The notes below the pieces were generated by a model that worked only from the letters and a program-made list of their open reading frames with translations, was not told the origin of the DNA and did no database searches. A stretch of 54,958 nt of DNA. Source: Clostridia bacterium (GTDB lineage: Bacteria; Bacillota; Clostridia; TANB77; UBA1234). The position numbers and the translations under genes are program-made. The stretch is from assembly GCA_900753135.1 (NCBI GenBank), contig CAADXZ010000200.1, positions 1 to 54,958 of the forward strand. Reading direction: 5' to 3'. This document shows positions 36,240-45,678 of the stretch, piece after piece (the first letter of the stretch is position 1; every line of letters begins with the position of its first letter).

Positions 36240-38870
36240 TTATTTTTGTCTTGGATATTTAATTTGAGCTTGAGCAGCTGCAAGTCTAGCTACTGGAACT
36301 CTAAATGGTGAGCAAGATACATAAGTTAAACCAGCTCTGTGACAGAACTCAACAGAAGAAGGATCTCCGCCGTGTTCTCCACAAATACCTAATTTAATAT
36401 CAGGTCTTGTCTTTTTACCAAGTTCAACAGCCATTTTTACTAATTTACCTACACCAACTTGGTCTAGTTTAGCAAATGGGTCGTTTTCATATATCTTCTT
36501 ATCATAGTATGCACCTAAGAATTTACCAGCATCATCTCTTGAGAAACCAAATGTCATTTGTGTTAAGTCATTTGTTCCGAATGAGAAGAATTCAGCTTCT
36601 TTAGCGATTTCATCAGCTGTTAATGCAGCTCTTGGTATCTCTATCATTGTACCAACTTTATACTTCATATCAACACCAGCTTCAGCAATTATCTTATCAG
36701 CTGTTGCACATACTACGTCTTTAACATATTTTAATTCTTTAACTTCACCAACTAATGGAATCATTATTTCAGGTGTAATCATCTTACCAATCTTCTTAGA
36801 AGCATTGATAGCTGCTTTGATAACAGCTTCTGTTTGCATCTCAGCGATTTCTGGGAATGTAACAGCTAGACGGCATCCTCTGTGTCCCATCATTGGGTTG
36901 AATTCGTGAAGACTAGCAATGATTGCTTTAATTTCTTCAACTGTCTTGCCTTGTGTTTTGGCAAGTAATTCAATATCTTTTTCCTCTGTTGGAACGAACT
37001 CGTGTAGAGGAGGATCTAGGAATCTAATTGTTACTTCGTATCCGTCCATTGTTTCAAATAATTGTTCGAAGTCACTTTGTTGCATTGGCTCTAATTTAGC
37101 AAGAGCTGCTTTTCTTTGTTCAACTGTATCAGAACAAATCATTTCTCTGATTGCAGCTATTCTGTCGCCTTCAAAGAACATATGCTCTGTACGGCAAAGA
37201 CCAATACCTTGTGCTCCTAATTCTTTTGCTTTAGCAGCATCTCTTGGAGTATCAGCATTTGTTCTAACTTCTAGAACTCTGTATTTATCTGCCCAGTTCA
37301 TTATTCTTTCGAAGTCTCCGCCTATTGTAGCATCAACTGTTGGAATGATACCAGCATAGATATTACCTGTAGAACCATCAAGTGAGATTTCATCTCCTTC
37401 ATGATATGTTTTACCAGCAAGAGTAAATTTCTTATTTTCTTCATCCATAACGATATCGCCACATCCAGATACGCAGCATTTACCCATACCACGAGCAACA
37501 ACAGCTGCGTGAGATGTTCTACCACCACGAACTGTTAAGATACCTTGAGCAGCTTTCATACCTTCGATATCTTCTGGAGATGTTTCAAGACGAACCAAAA
37601 CAACTTTTTCTTTAGCTCCTCTTACTTTAGCATCTTCAGCTGTGAATACGATTTTACCACAAGCAGCTCCAGGAGAAGCACCTAATGCTTTACCAATTGG
37701 AGTAGCTTCTTTTAATGCTTTAGGATCAAATTGTGGGTGAAGTAATGTATCTAAGTTACGAGGATCAATCATAGCAACTGCTTCTTCCTCTGTTCTCATT
37801 CCTTCATCAACTAAGTCACAAGCAATCTTTAATGAAGCTTGAGCTGTTCTCTTACCGTTACGTGTTTGTAACATATATAATTTACCGTGTTCAACAGTAA
37901 ACTCCATATCTTGCATATCTCTGTAATGAGATTCAAGTTTTTGACAAACATCTTTGAATTGTTCAAATGCTTCTGGGAATTTGTCAGCCATTTCTGTAAT
38001 CTTCATTGGTGTACGAACACCAGCAACAACGTCTTCACCTTGTGCATTTGTTAAGAATTCACCATATAATCCTTTTTCACCAGTAGCTGGGTCACGAGTA
38101 AATGCAACACCAGTACCACAGTCATCTCCCATGTTACCAAATGCCATCATTTGAACGTTAACAGCTGTTCCCCAAGAATAAGGAATATCATTATCTCTTC
38201 TGTATACGTTTGCTCTAGGGTTGTCCCAAGATCTAAATACAGCTTTGATAGCGCCCATTAATTGTTCTGTTGGATCTGTTGGGAATTCAGAACCAATCTT
38301 TTCTTTGTACTCAGCTTTGAATTCTTCAGCTAATTCTTTTAAATCATCAGCTGTAAGTTCAACGTCTTGAGTAACTCCTCTATCAGCTTTCATTTTATCT
38401 ATAAGTTGTTCGAAGTATTTCTTACCAACTTCCATAACTACGTCTGAATACATTTGAATAAATCTTCTGTAACAATCCCAAGCCCAACGTGGGTTACCTG
38501 ATTTTGCTGCAATTGATTCAACAACTTGTTCATTCAAACCTAAGTTAAGAATTGTATCCATCATTCCTGGCATTGATGCTCTTGCACCACTACGTACAGA
38601 AACTAAAAGTGGATTTTCAACATCTCCGAACTTTTTACCTGTAATCTCTTCCATCTTTTTGATGTATTCAAAAATTTGAGCTTGAATTTCATCATTGATT
38701 TTTCTTCCATCTTCGTAATATTGAGTACATGCTTCTGTAGAGATCGTAAAACCCTGTGGAACTGGTAAACCTAACTTTGTCATTTCTGCTAAGTTAGCTC
38801 CTTTTCCTCCAAGAAGTTCTCTCATTGAAGCGTCACCTTCACTAAAAAGATAAACATACTTTTTACTCAT
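36240..38870 (-). CDS. ppdK: Pyruvate, phosphate dikinase
   Basis: 876 aa, GGRTSHAAVVARGMG phospho-His region, CGEHGGDP, PEP-utilising domains. Confidence 0.95.
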   Translation of the reverse strand: MSKKYVYLFSEGDASMRELLGGKGANLAEMTKLGLPVPQGFTISTEACTQYYEDGRKINDEIQAQIFEYIKKMEEITGKKFGDVENPLLVSVRSGARASMPGMMDTILNLGLNEQVVESIAAKSGNPRWAWDCYRRFIQMYSDVVMEVGKKYFEQLIDKMKADRGVTQDVELTADDLKELAEEFKAEYKEKIGSEFPTDPTEQLMGAIKAVFRSWDNPRANVYRRDNDIPYSWGTAVNVQMMAFGNMGDDCGTGVAFTRDPATGEKGLYGEFLTNAQGEDVVAGVRTPMKITEMADKFPEAFEQFKDVCQKLESHYRDMQDMEFTVEHGKLYMLQTRNGKRTAQASLKIACDLVDEGMRTEEEAVAMIDPRNLDTLLHPQFDPKALKEATPIGKALGASPGAACGKIVFTAEDAKVRGAKEKVVLVRLETSPEDIEGMKAAQGILTVRGGRTSHAAVVARGMGKCCVSGCGDIVMDEENKKFTLAGKTYHEGDEISLDGSTGNIYAGIIPTVDATIGGDFERIMNWADKYRVLEVRTNADTPRDAAKAKELGAQGIGLCRTEHMFFEGDRIAAIREMICSDTVEQRKAALAKLEPMQQSDFEQLFETMDGYEVTIRFLDPPLHEFVPTEEKDIELLAKTQGKTVEEIKAIIASLHEFNPMMGHRGCRLAVTFPEIAEMQTEAVIKAAINASKKIGKMITPEIMIPLVGEVKELKYVKDVVCATADKIIAEAGVDMKYKVGTMIEIPRAALTADEIAKEAEFFSFGTNDLTQMTFGFSRDDAGKFLGAYYDKKIYENDPFAKLDQVGVGKLVKMAVELGKKTRPDIKLGICGEHGGDPSSVEFCHRAGLTYVSCSPFRVPVARLAAAQAQIKYPRQK

Positions 38871-38930
38871 TTTATTTCCTCCTTGTTAAATTAATTATTG
38901 TGATGTAAATTTTGTCTATAACACTAGATT

Positions 38931-38959
38931 AATATATACCAGTTTGTCCAAAAAATCAA
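38931..38959 (-). promoter_or_regulatory. Candidate ppdK promoter
   Basis: Minus strand reads TTGATT, 17 nt, TATATT, about 60 nt upstream of the ATG. Confidence 0.4.
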
Positions 38960-39004
38960 CTGTTTTTTGTCCTTTTACTTCTCTATAACATCCTATAAAT
39001 TATG

Positions 39005-39033
39005 TTGACTCTGCATCAAAGATATGTTATCTT
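39005..39033 (+). promoter_or_regulatory. Candidate promoter of the GC-rich element, divergent from ppdK
   Basis: TTGACT (39005-39010), 17 nt including TGT, then TATCTT (39028-39033). Confidence 0.4.
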
Positions 39034-39090
39034 ATTCTTGTAAGAATCTTCCACATCAGACCAACTTTTACATAAAGGAGGTAAAGCTGT

Positions 39091-39252
39091 ATGCCGTGGT
39101 TGCTGCTGATATGTGATTACTCTTTTTGGGAGCTACTGAGGGAATTCCGAAGTATACGCTGCTACGAATCACATTACCAGTGTGAGCTACACAATTACTA
39201 CCGGCGGTCTAGAGACTGCAATGGTGACATACGGCCTAGGTATTGGATTTAA
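39091..39252 (+). other. GC-rich structured element containing a 53-codon ORF (MPWLLLICDYSFWELLREFRSIRCYESHYQCELHNYYRRSRDCNGDIRPRYWI); either an sRNA or a small-protein gene
   Basis: AAAGGAGG lies 9 nt upstream of the ATG at 39091. Codons are rare for this genome (CGG x3, CTG x3, CCG, CGC). Long-range helices: 39089-39103/39218-39232, 39104-39108/39178-39182 and 39111-39118/39167-39174. Confidence 0.4.
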
Positions 39253-39261
39253 CTCAACAAC

Positions 39262-39296
39262 AAAAAAGCTGTTCCTAATTGGAGCAGCTTTTTATT
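39262..39296. terminator. Bidirectional terminator shared by the GC-rich element (+) and the 852-aa gene (-)
   Basis: AAAAGCTGTTCC-TAATT-GGAGCAGCTTTT, with A6 upstream and T-rich sequence downstream. Confidence 0.8.
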
Positions 39297-39329
39297 GTAT
39301 TATAATTGTCATCTTGCTTAATTATGTTA

Positions 39330-41888
39330 CTACGTCGCATCTGTTCCTAATGCTTTTTTACCACATATTGAGCATTTAGTACTTCCATATGGTACCTTAT
39401 GTACACCAGCGTTATTTGTTGCACTACATCTTATACATTGTTTCCAATGTGAAGTCATATTACCAGACCACTTAGAAGACCATTTGTGGCCAAGAGCTGG
39501 ACCGCTAGTTGCACCACATCTAGAGCATTTTTTAGGAGCTGTACATGTCGCAGATCTATAACTATGACCAAGTGCAGTTCCACTGGTAGCACCACACCTT
39601 CTGCACTTTGCCGCTCTTGTACATGTTGCAGAACTAAAACTATGTCCTAGTGCGCCTCCGTTTGTTGCTCCACATCTTGTACATGTTGCTGGCGTTGTAC
39701 ATGTCGCAGCACTATAATTATGTCCTAGTGCCCCTCCTGTTGTTACCCCACATCTTGTACATGTTGCTGGCGTCGTACACGTTGCTGCACTGTAGTTGTG
39801 TCCTAATGCACCTCCTGTTGTTGCACCACACTTTGTACATGTTTTTGGGGTTGTACATGTCGCATCTTTCCAGGTATGTTCACATATTGTTATAGCACTC
39901 TTGTTATTTGTTGAATCAGTGTTATCTACAAATTTTTTTGAATTGTAATTTGCTTTTGTAGCAGAAACCACAACATAAATATATTTTCCTATCATATTCT
40001 TTGGTATAATGTATGTACTAGATGTTGCACCACTTATTGCCGTGCCTCCGCTTGTTGCGTTTTTTGTGCTACTGTACCATTGATATTTTAGTGTGCAACC
40101 TGTTGGAACAATTCCTGATGTATCTGCAGTCAATGTCTTTAAATATACATTGTCTCCAGTTATCTTTATACTTCCACTCATATCTGCGTTTTGTATTCTA
40201 AAACCTACAGTTGTGTTTTGTAATTCATAATTTTCAACCTTTGCTTGTCCTCCTGTTACACTTGATATACTTGCCGAAGATGTATAATTACCAGTATTTA
40301 CCGCTGTTGTCCTTACTAAATTTAATGTTTCACCAGTCACGCCAGAATCTGCAGTAGCAGTTGGTGCCTGTTCACTTCCGTTATATGTGAATAATCTTGT
40401 ATTACCCCAAACAGTAGTTATTTTCTTCTTATCTATTGACCATGTATAACTTATTTCATCATCAGTTCCATTTGCCCATTCATACCTATCTTTGTTAAGT
40501 ATTCTTACAATTGCTGTCTTTGTTCCAACATCTATCATTGTATTATCAGTTATGCCTAAAATTGCACTATCAAAATTATTCAATTGCAATGTTTGTACTT
40601 GACCGTTATATGTATATGTTGGTACAGCAATAGTTGGTTTTGTTAATTTTATCTTTGGTCTAAATATTGCATACAACACCAAATCGTTTTCTGTTCCGAT
40701 ATTATATATTGTCAAACCTTCTGTAGCTGTAATTTTTGTATTCCAGCCTAAAAACTCATAATGTCGTCTACTTGCTTTAGGAGTCAAATCAACAAATGAG
40801 TTACAACCTATTTGTACTGTTGTTTCCGCTATATTGACACTTTCACCGCCATTTGCATCATACTTATATTTTACATTTAGCATAACCCTTATGCTCTTTG
40901 AGGCATTTCCTATTTTTCCAAAACTATTTTTTACCCACACGGTATATACGCCATTTTCTGTCACATTGAATTTTGCCGTATATTTATTAGCAGGTTCTGT
41001 AATATCTACCCAGCTATCTAAAGTTGGTACAACATCTTCACCAACAGTTACAGCATATGAAACAATTTTTGAATTTTTATCCTGTGCAATTACTGTAACA
41101 TCAGCAGTTCCTTGTTTATAATTACATACATATGAAATTATTTTTGGAGAATCTATATCATTGTCATTATCATTCGTACCATTTTCTATTCTTACAACCT
41201 TAGTCGTCGAACTACCGCCTTCTTCATTTGCTATTATTGTGCAACTTTCTTTGCTTTTTACAACATATTCAAAATTTTTTCCATCTGTTGTTGTCGCTTT
41301 TTGACCATCTACCAATACACTTAATATATTTCCACCATATGCTGGTGTAACTTCTATATGTAAATTACCGTCTTTAGTTGATATAACTTGTATTGTTGGC
41401 CCATTTAATCTGGTACTGGTATTATTTTCATCACTTCCATATCCATCAAGATACTTACCATTCTTTGCATAAAATACTTTTAATGAAGCATCATACACAT
41501 AGACATCACTTTCATTAAACGTTATAGTATCACCAGATGATAACTTAGAATAATCCTGACCACTTTTTAATTTCTCATAATCAATTACCGAAAGATCAAC
41601 AACATAACCAGTTGATTCATCCGTATCATAACTTACGAAATTATCTGGTGGATTTTCGACCTTTACCTTTATGAATCCTTTGTTTAACGTATCTTCATCA
41701 ATACCAGACTTGGCATTTATCGAACGAACTACAAGCATTCCTTTCTTCACTTCAGACAACTCTTGCATCATCTTACCATTAGAAGCCTCATCTATTGTAT
41801 TCATTGAATGTAAAGATATTGATGCTAATATGATTATTACTATTATTGTTATAACTAATGATATTAGTGAAACACCCTTTTTATTCAT
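39330..41888 (-). CDS. 852-aa surface protein: pilin-like N-terminus, Listeria-Bacteroides-type repeat, Ig-like region, C-terminal Cys/His repeats
   Basis: MNKKGVSLISLVITIIVIIIL; YDANGGES...YEFLGWN; five 26-aa H-x6-C-x5-C-x2-C units. Confidence 0.85.
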   Translation of the reverse strand: MNKKGVSLISLVITIIVIIILASISLHSMNTIDEASNGKMMQELSEVKKGMLVVRSINAKSGIDEDTLNKGFIKVKVENPPDNFVSYDTDESTGYVVDLSVIDYEKLKSGQDYSKLSSGDTITFNESDVYVYDASLKVFYAKNGKYLDGYGSDENNTSTRLNGPTIQVISTKDGNLHIEVTPAYGGNILSVLVDGQKATTTDGKNFEYVVKSKESCTIIANEEGGSSTTKVVRIENGTNDNDNDIDSPKIISYVCNYKQGTADVTVIAQDKNSKIVSYAVTVGEDVVPTLDSWVDITEPANKYTAKFNVTENGVYTVWVKNSFGKIGNASKSIRVMLNVKYKYDANGGESVNIAETTVQIGCNSFVDLTPKASRRHYEFLGWNTKITATEGLTIYNIGTENDLVLYAIFRPKIKLTKPTIAVPTYTYNGQVQTLQLNNFDSAILGITDNTMIDVGTKTAIVRILNKDRYEWANGTDDEISYTWSIDKKKITTVWGNTRLFTYNGSEQAPTATADSGVTGETLNLVRTTAVNTGNYTSSASISSVTGGQAKVENYELQNTTVGFRIQNADMSGSIKITGDNVYLKTLTADTSGIVPTGCTLKYQWYSSTKNATSGGTAISGATSSTYIIPKNMIGKYIYVVVSATKANYNSKKFVDNTDSTNNKSAITICEHTWKDATCTTPKTCTKCGATTGGALGHNYSAATCTTPATCTRCGVTTGGALGHNYSAATCTTPATCTRCGATNGGALGHSFSSATCTRAAKCRRCGATSGTALGHSYRSATCTAPKKCSRCGATSGPALGHKWSSKWSGNMTSHWKQCIRCSATNNAGVHKVPYGSTKCSICGKKALGTDAT
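39333..39884 (-). repeat. In-frame 78-nt tandem repeats encoding ALGH(N/S)(Y/F)S(A/S)ATCTxxxxCxRCGxTxGx units
   Basis: Five units plus a degenerate sixth. Units 2 and 3 are nearly identical in protein but differ at synonymous sites. Confidence 0.85.
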
Positions 41889-41942
41889 AAATCCACCCCC
41901 AAATTAGCAAACAAAACTCTTAGATATATTATAACATTTTTT

Positions 41943-41972
41943 AACAATAAAAGCCACACTTATGGTGGCTTT
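41943..41972 (-). terminator. Putative terminator after the ATP-grasp gene
   Basis: AAAGCCAC-ACTTATG-GTGGCTTT with flanking T/A-rich runs. Confidence 0.6.
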
Positions 41973-42034
41973 TTATGTTACATTTTTGTTACTAAAATAT
42001 TTCAATAACGTTAATCTATTAATATTTTTTGAAA

Positions 42035-43045
42035 CTATTTCAAGGCCTTTTCAAACACTGGCAATATACCTAAATCATTTGGACCTATTTTCTCTGCTAC
42101 TTGATATATATCATGTCCAGGAAATTGATTTCCTTCTATAAGAACAGGACCATTTACACTCATGGCAACATCCCAGCCGACGTATCTCACATGCGTACTT
42201 CTTTTTGCAGCAGTTTCCACAAGCTTCTTTGCCTCACTCCAATATGGAATTTGAAAACCTTTTATAACAGTTCCTGTTAATGGATGTTTTTCAAAAAGTT
42301 CTCCTTTTTTATTTACAGCTTCTTCAATGATTATTCCTGTTTCAGTATCTACTTTTGCAGTCATTCCACCACTATTAAAGTTATCAACAACCTTTCCGTT
42401 TCCAATTCTAACAAACGTTGCAAGTATTGTCACTTCGCCTCTTTCGTTCATAACTGATACCATTCTTGTTGTGTTTACAGAGCTTGAGTTTAATTTACTC
42501 ATTTCTTCGCATTGTATAACTGGTTCTTCAAGAAGTTCCAATTTATTTTCTATCAAATGACTATACACTTTCTCATAATCATTATTCCATTCTTGTATAT
42601 TGATCTTCTCAATGTTTTTGCCACATTGTCCATCATTTGGCTTAGCGAAAAATATAGGATGCTTCTTTATAAATTCGACAGTTTCGTTTTTCTTTGAACT
42701 TATAGGATATATGTATTCTCTTTTCAAGAAATCCCTAAACATGTCATTAAATTCGTTTTTGTTATTAAACAAATGCCAATAATCTTTTTCATTTAATTTC
42801 TTTACGAACTTATTATTTATTCCACGAGTTAACATTGTTTTTCTTTGCTTCGAAGTCAATTTATAAAAGCCAATTACATCATAATCTACATAACCAGCCC
42901 CATATCTAATTCCACACCATACCATATCGCAAAAAATCGAAAACTTTGATTTTGTACACTTTTCTTTAACGACATCTATTCTTTCAAACATTGATTTATA
43001 ATTCATAGTACATAGTCTTTTTATCAAATAATTTATACTAGGCAT
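42035..43045 (-). CDS. Sugar-transfer-associated ATP-grasp family protein
   Basis: Length and C-terminal VGWDVAMSVNGPVLIEGNQFPG are typical of the ATPgrasp_ST family. Confidence 0.65.
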   Translation of the reverse strand: MPSINYLIKRLCTMNYKSMFERIDVVKEKCTKSKFSIFCDMVWCGIRYGAGYVDYDVIGFYKLTSKQRKTMLTRGINNKFVKKLNEKDYWHLFNNKNEFNDMFRDFLKREYIYPISSKKNETVEFIKKHPIFFAKPNDGQCGKNIEKINIQEWNNDYEKVYSHLIENKLELLEEPVIQCEEMSKLNSSSVNTTRMVSVMNERGEVTILATFVRIGNGKVVDNFNSGGMTAKVDTETGIIIEEAVNKKGELFEKHPLTGTVIKGFQIPYWSEAKKLVETAAKRSTHVRYVGWDVAMSVNGPVLIEGNQFPGHDIYQVAEKIGPNDLGILPVFEKALK

Positions 43046-43183
43046 ACTTTTCCTCTTTTCTCATGTGTTATGTTGCATAACACCTCATCATAGTATAAAA
43101 AAGCTACGATGAGGTGCATAAAAGCATTAAATATTCTATTTTAAAACAGAAGATTATAAGTAAATATCAAGTCCATATTGAAT

Positions 43184-44572
43184 CTAAAATTTTAACTTAT
43201 CTTCAACGAATTTTTCTAAATCATCAATGTTGATTCTAACTTGTTCCATAGTATCTCTGTCTCTAACTGTTACACAGTTATCTTCAATGGTTTCAAAATC
43301 AACAGTTACACAGAATGGAGTACCAATTTCGTCTTCTCTTCTATATCTCTTACCTATACTACCAGCTTCATCATATTCACAATTAAATCTCTTAGAAAGC
43401 TTTTCATACAAAGCAGTTGCTGGTTCAGATAACTTTTTAGATAACGGAAGTACGGCAACCTTAACAGGTGCAAGAACCGGATGAAGTCTTAAAACAGTTC
43501 TAACATCTCCTTCGCCAACTTCTTCCTCATCATAAGCATCACAAATAGCAGTTAAGAAGATTCTTTCAACACCAACAGAAGGCTCAACACAGTAAGGAAC
43601 ATATTTTTCGTTTGTTTCTGGATCCAAATATGTTAAGTCAGCCTTTGAAGCTTCCATATGCCTTGACAAATCATAATCTGTTCTGTCTGCAATACCCCAA
43701 AGCTCACCCCAACCAAATGGGAATAAGTATTCAATATCTGTTGTACCCTTGCTATAGAAAGAAAGTTCTTCTTTTGAATGTTCTCTCATTCTCAAATTCT
43801 CTTCTTTAATACCTATACTCATAAGAAAATTCTTGCAGTAATCTTTCCAGTAAGCGTACCACTCTAAGTCCGTACCTGGTTTGCAGAAAAATTCAAGTTC
43901 CATTTGTTCAAATTCTCTTATTCTAAAAATAAAGTTACCAGGTGTGATTTCATTTCTAAAAGAACGACCTATTTGACAAACACCCATTGGCATTTTGCTT
44001 CTTGTTGTTCTTTGAATATTCTTAAAGTTAACAAACATTGATTGTGCTGTTTCAGGTCTTAAATATACTTCAGATTTTGCATCTTCTGTAACACCCATAA
44101 AAGTCTTAAACATTAAATTGAATTTTCTAATATCAGTAAAGTCTGACTTACCGCAATTAGGACAAGGAATATTATGCTCCTTGATATATGTAACTAATTG
44201 TTCATTTGACCAACCATCCAAGCCTGTTACTTGATTACCTTGTTTAAATGACCATTCCTCAATCAATTTATCTGCTCTGTGCCTTGTTTTGCATGATCTA
44301 CAGTCTATTAAAGGATCACTAAAACCACCAACATGTCCTGTTGTCACCCATACTTGTGGGTTCATTATTATTGAAGCATCTATACCAACATTATATTTGC
44401 TTTCTTTAACAAATTTCTGCCACCATGCTTCTCTTATATTTCTCTTTAATTCTGCTCCTAATGGACCAAAATCCCAAGAATTTGCAAGTCCTCCATATAT
44501 TTCAGATCCTGGATAAACAAATCCTCTATTTTTGCATAAGTTAACTATCTTGTCCATTGTTTTTTCTACCAT
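43184..44572 (-). CDS. glyQS: Glycine--tRNA ligase (homodimeric class II)
   Basis: [25 protein letters not shown], class II motifs, 462 aa. Confidence 0.95.
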   Translation of the reverse strand: MVEKTMDKIVNLCKNRGFVYPGSEIYGGLANSWDFGPLGAELKRNIREAWWQKFVKESKYNVGIDASIIMNPQVWVTTGHVGGFSDPLIDCRSCKTRHRADKLIEEWSFKQGNQVTGLDGWSNEQLVTYIKEHNIPCPNCGKSDFTDIRKFNLMFKTFMGVTEDAKSEVYLRPETAQSMFVNFKNIQRTTRSKMPMGVCQIGRSFRNEITPGNFIFRIREFEQMELEFFCKPGTDLEWYAYWKDYCKNFLMSIGIKEENLRMREHSKEELSFYSKGTTDIEYLFPFGWGELWGIADRTDYDLSRHMEASKADLTYLDPETNEKYVPYCVEPSVGVERIFLTAICDAYDEEEVGEGDVRTVLRLHPVLAPVKVAVLPLSKKLSEPATALYEKLSKRFNCEYDEAGSIGKRYRREDEIGTPFCVTVDFETIEDNCVTVRDRDTMEQVRINIDDLEKFVEDKLKF

Positions 44573-44614
44573 AAAAAATTCCTCCTCATTCTTTTTAGGT
44601 AATCATATATCAAT

Positions 44615-44663
44615 AAGCTTTTTCTTTAAAGTTTTGAATGAAAGAAAAAACTCAAAATACATT
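44615..44663. repeat. Dispersed structured intergenic repeat, copy 3 (partial, inverted)
   Basis: AAGTTTTGAATGAAAGAAAAAACTCAAAATACAT aligns with copy 2 (AAGTTTTCGACTAAAAGAAAAAAACTCTCACATA). Confidence 0.5.
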
Positions 44664-44771
44664 AGCAATGATATACATAATCTTAAATCTTGTGATAATA
44701 TATCATAATTGCAATGTGTTTTCAAGTAAGTGAAAAACATTTGTTGGTTATATCTTAGTAAAAGATAAAAA

Positions 44772-45509
44772 TTACAATTCTACAATATACTCTTTTTCCA
44801 GTTTTTCAAATGTATATATCTTTGCAACCAAGTTCAACTCATCTATAGATTCTTGTGGTATGTCAAATGAAAATATCTTCTTAGGCTCGGAAGACAATAT
44901 GTACACCAAACTTGTATATGTTGTATATGAAATTTTTATTGCTCCTTTATCTTGTGTTTTGCAAGTTGCACACTTTATTCCATTATCTTTTATGCTAAAG
45001 TATATATCATCTCCTATATCAATAGCATTCTTTCCACACTCAGTACAAGCTTTTAATCTGGGCACATAGCCAAGTATTGCAAGCAATCTTATTCTAAATA
45101 TAGAAAACACAAGATCAACATTCTTATCGGTTTCTGATAAAACATATAAAGTATTTAAAAGTAGTTGTAATCTTTGAAAAGATAATTCTTCCTCTTGGCA
45201 AACGTCATTAATAATCTTTGCTATCGCTGATGCATACATTAACTTATCAATATCCATTCTTAAATTATAAAAAACATTTATAGGCTCTGCCGAACTTAGA
45301 TTATACATATCGCAATTATCTTCAAACAATACCATATCACTATAGCAAAGAAACTCTGTACTAGCTAAAAAGGTGCCTTTTGTCTTTTTAGCACCTTTAC
45401 AAAAAACTTTTATTTTACCCTTTTCTGCTGTTAATACAGTTAATACTTTGTCATTGTCTGATGAATTAGCAATTCTTATTACAATTCCTTTAGTTTTTAT
45501 TATCCCCAT
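44772..45509 (-). CDS. recO: DNA repair protein RecO
   Basis: OB-fold N-terminus (KTKGIVIRI...), CxxC...CxxC zinc motif, synteny era-yqzL-recO. Confidence 0.9.
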   Translation of the reverse strand: MGIIKTKGIVIRIANSSDNDKVLTVLTAEKGKIKVFCKGAKKTKGTFLASTEFLCYSDMVLFEDNCDMYNLSSAEPINVFYNLRMDIDKLMYASAIAKIINDVCQEEELSFQRLQLLLNTLYVLSETDKNVDLVFSIFRIRLLAILGYVPRLKACTECGKNAIDIGDDIYFSIKDNGIKCATCKTQDKGAIKISYTTYTSLVYILSSEPKKIFSFDIPQESIDELNLVAKIYTFEKLEKEYIVEL

Positions 45510-45645
45510 CAATATCACCTAACACATTGCAATCTTTGCCATCTAAGTTGTTTTTTTCTGTTCCACTTTCAATATTTCGCATAATCATAAATGCATCTAC
45601 GTTTCCAGTATTTTTAAATAGTTCCCATGCAAAATCTTTACTCAT
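45490..45645 (-). CDS. yqzL: YqzL-family small protein (51 aa; not in the ORF track)
   Basis: AAAGGAGGAAGG SD; MSKDFAWELFKNTGNVDAFMIMRNIE...; conserved position between era and recO; overlaps the recO start by 20 nt. Confidence 0.8.
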   Translation of the reverse strand: MSKDFAWELFKNTGNVDAFMIMRNIESGTEKNNLDGKDCNVLGDIDGDNKN

Positions 45646-45678
45646 TTGCCTTCCTCCTTTGCATCTGACAAACCAATT

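Noticed and set aside
39143-39240. Cluster of 6-bp restriction-type palindromes (GAATTC, GTATAC, TCTAGA, CCTAGG), suggesting vector or synthetic contamination
   Set aside because: I recognised no polylinker or vector backbone sequence. The palindromes sit within predicted helices or a GC-richer segment, and the flanks are continuous native-looking sequence.
39091-39252. The GC-rich element as the cognate DGR template repeat for the 53472-53624 patch
   Set aside because: My hand alignment needs several indels and shows mismatches at non-adenine positions. That is incompatible with a direct TR-VR pair, so only a distant framework resemblance remains.
39040-39296. Identity of the GC-rich element as SRP RNA, 6S RNA, tmRNA, RNase P RNA, or an FMN, TPP, Mn or ZTP riboswitch
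   Set aside because: The hallmark motifs are absent or out of order: the SRP GGAA-loop domain IV, RNase P GAGGAAAGUCC, a tmRNA tag ORF and CCA end, and the riboswitch cores. No gene follows it on the plus strand for a riboswitch to control.
39182-39379. 65-aa plus-strand track ORF (MSYTITTGGLET...)
   Set aside because: It has a non-ATG start and no SD. It runs through the bidirectional terminator into the 3' end of the convergent 852-aa gene. The SD-preceded 39091-39252 frame is the better candidate.
43046-43183. Paired hairpins between glyQS and the ATP-grasp gene as a regulatory RNA
   Set aside because: The stems (CACCTCATC/GATGAGGTG and TGTTAT/ATAACA) have a large loop or are short, and they lack a U-tract. 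There is not enough evidence to call a terminator or riboswitch.
44573-44771. T-box leader upstream of glyQS
   Set aside because: On the minus strand I found neither the conserved T-box sequence (..GGUGGUACCGCG..) nor a terminator/antiterminator pair. The region mainly holds a copy of the dispersed repeat.
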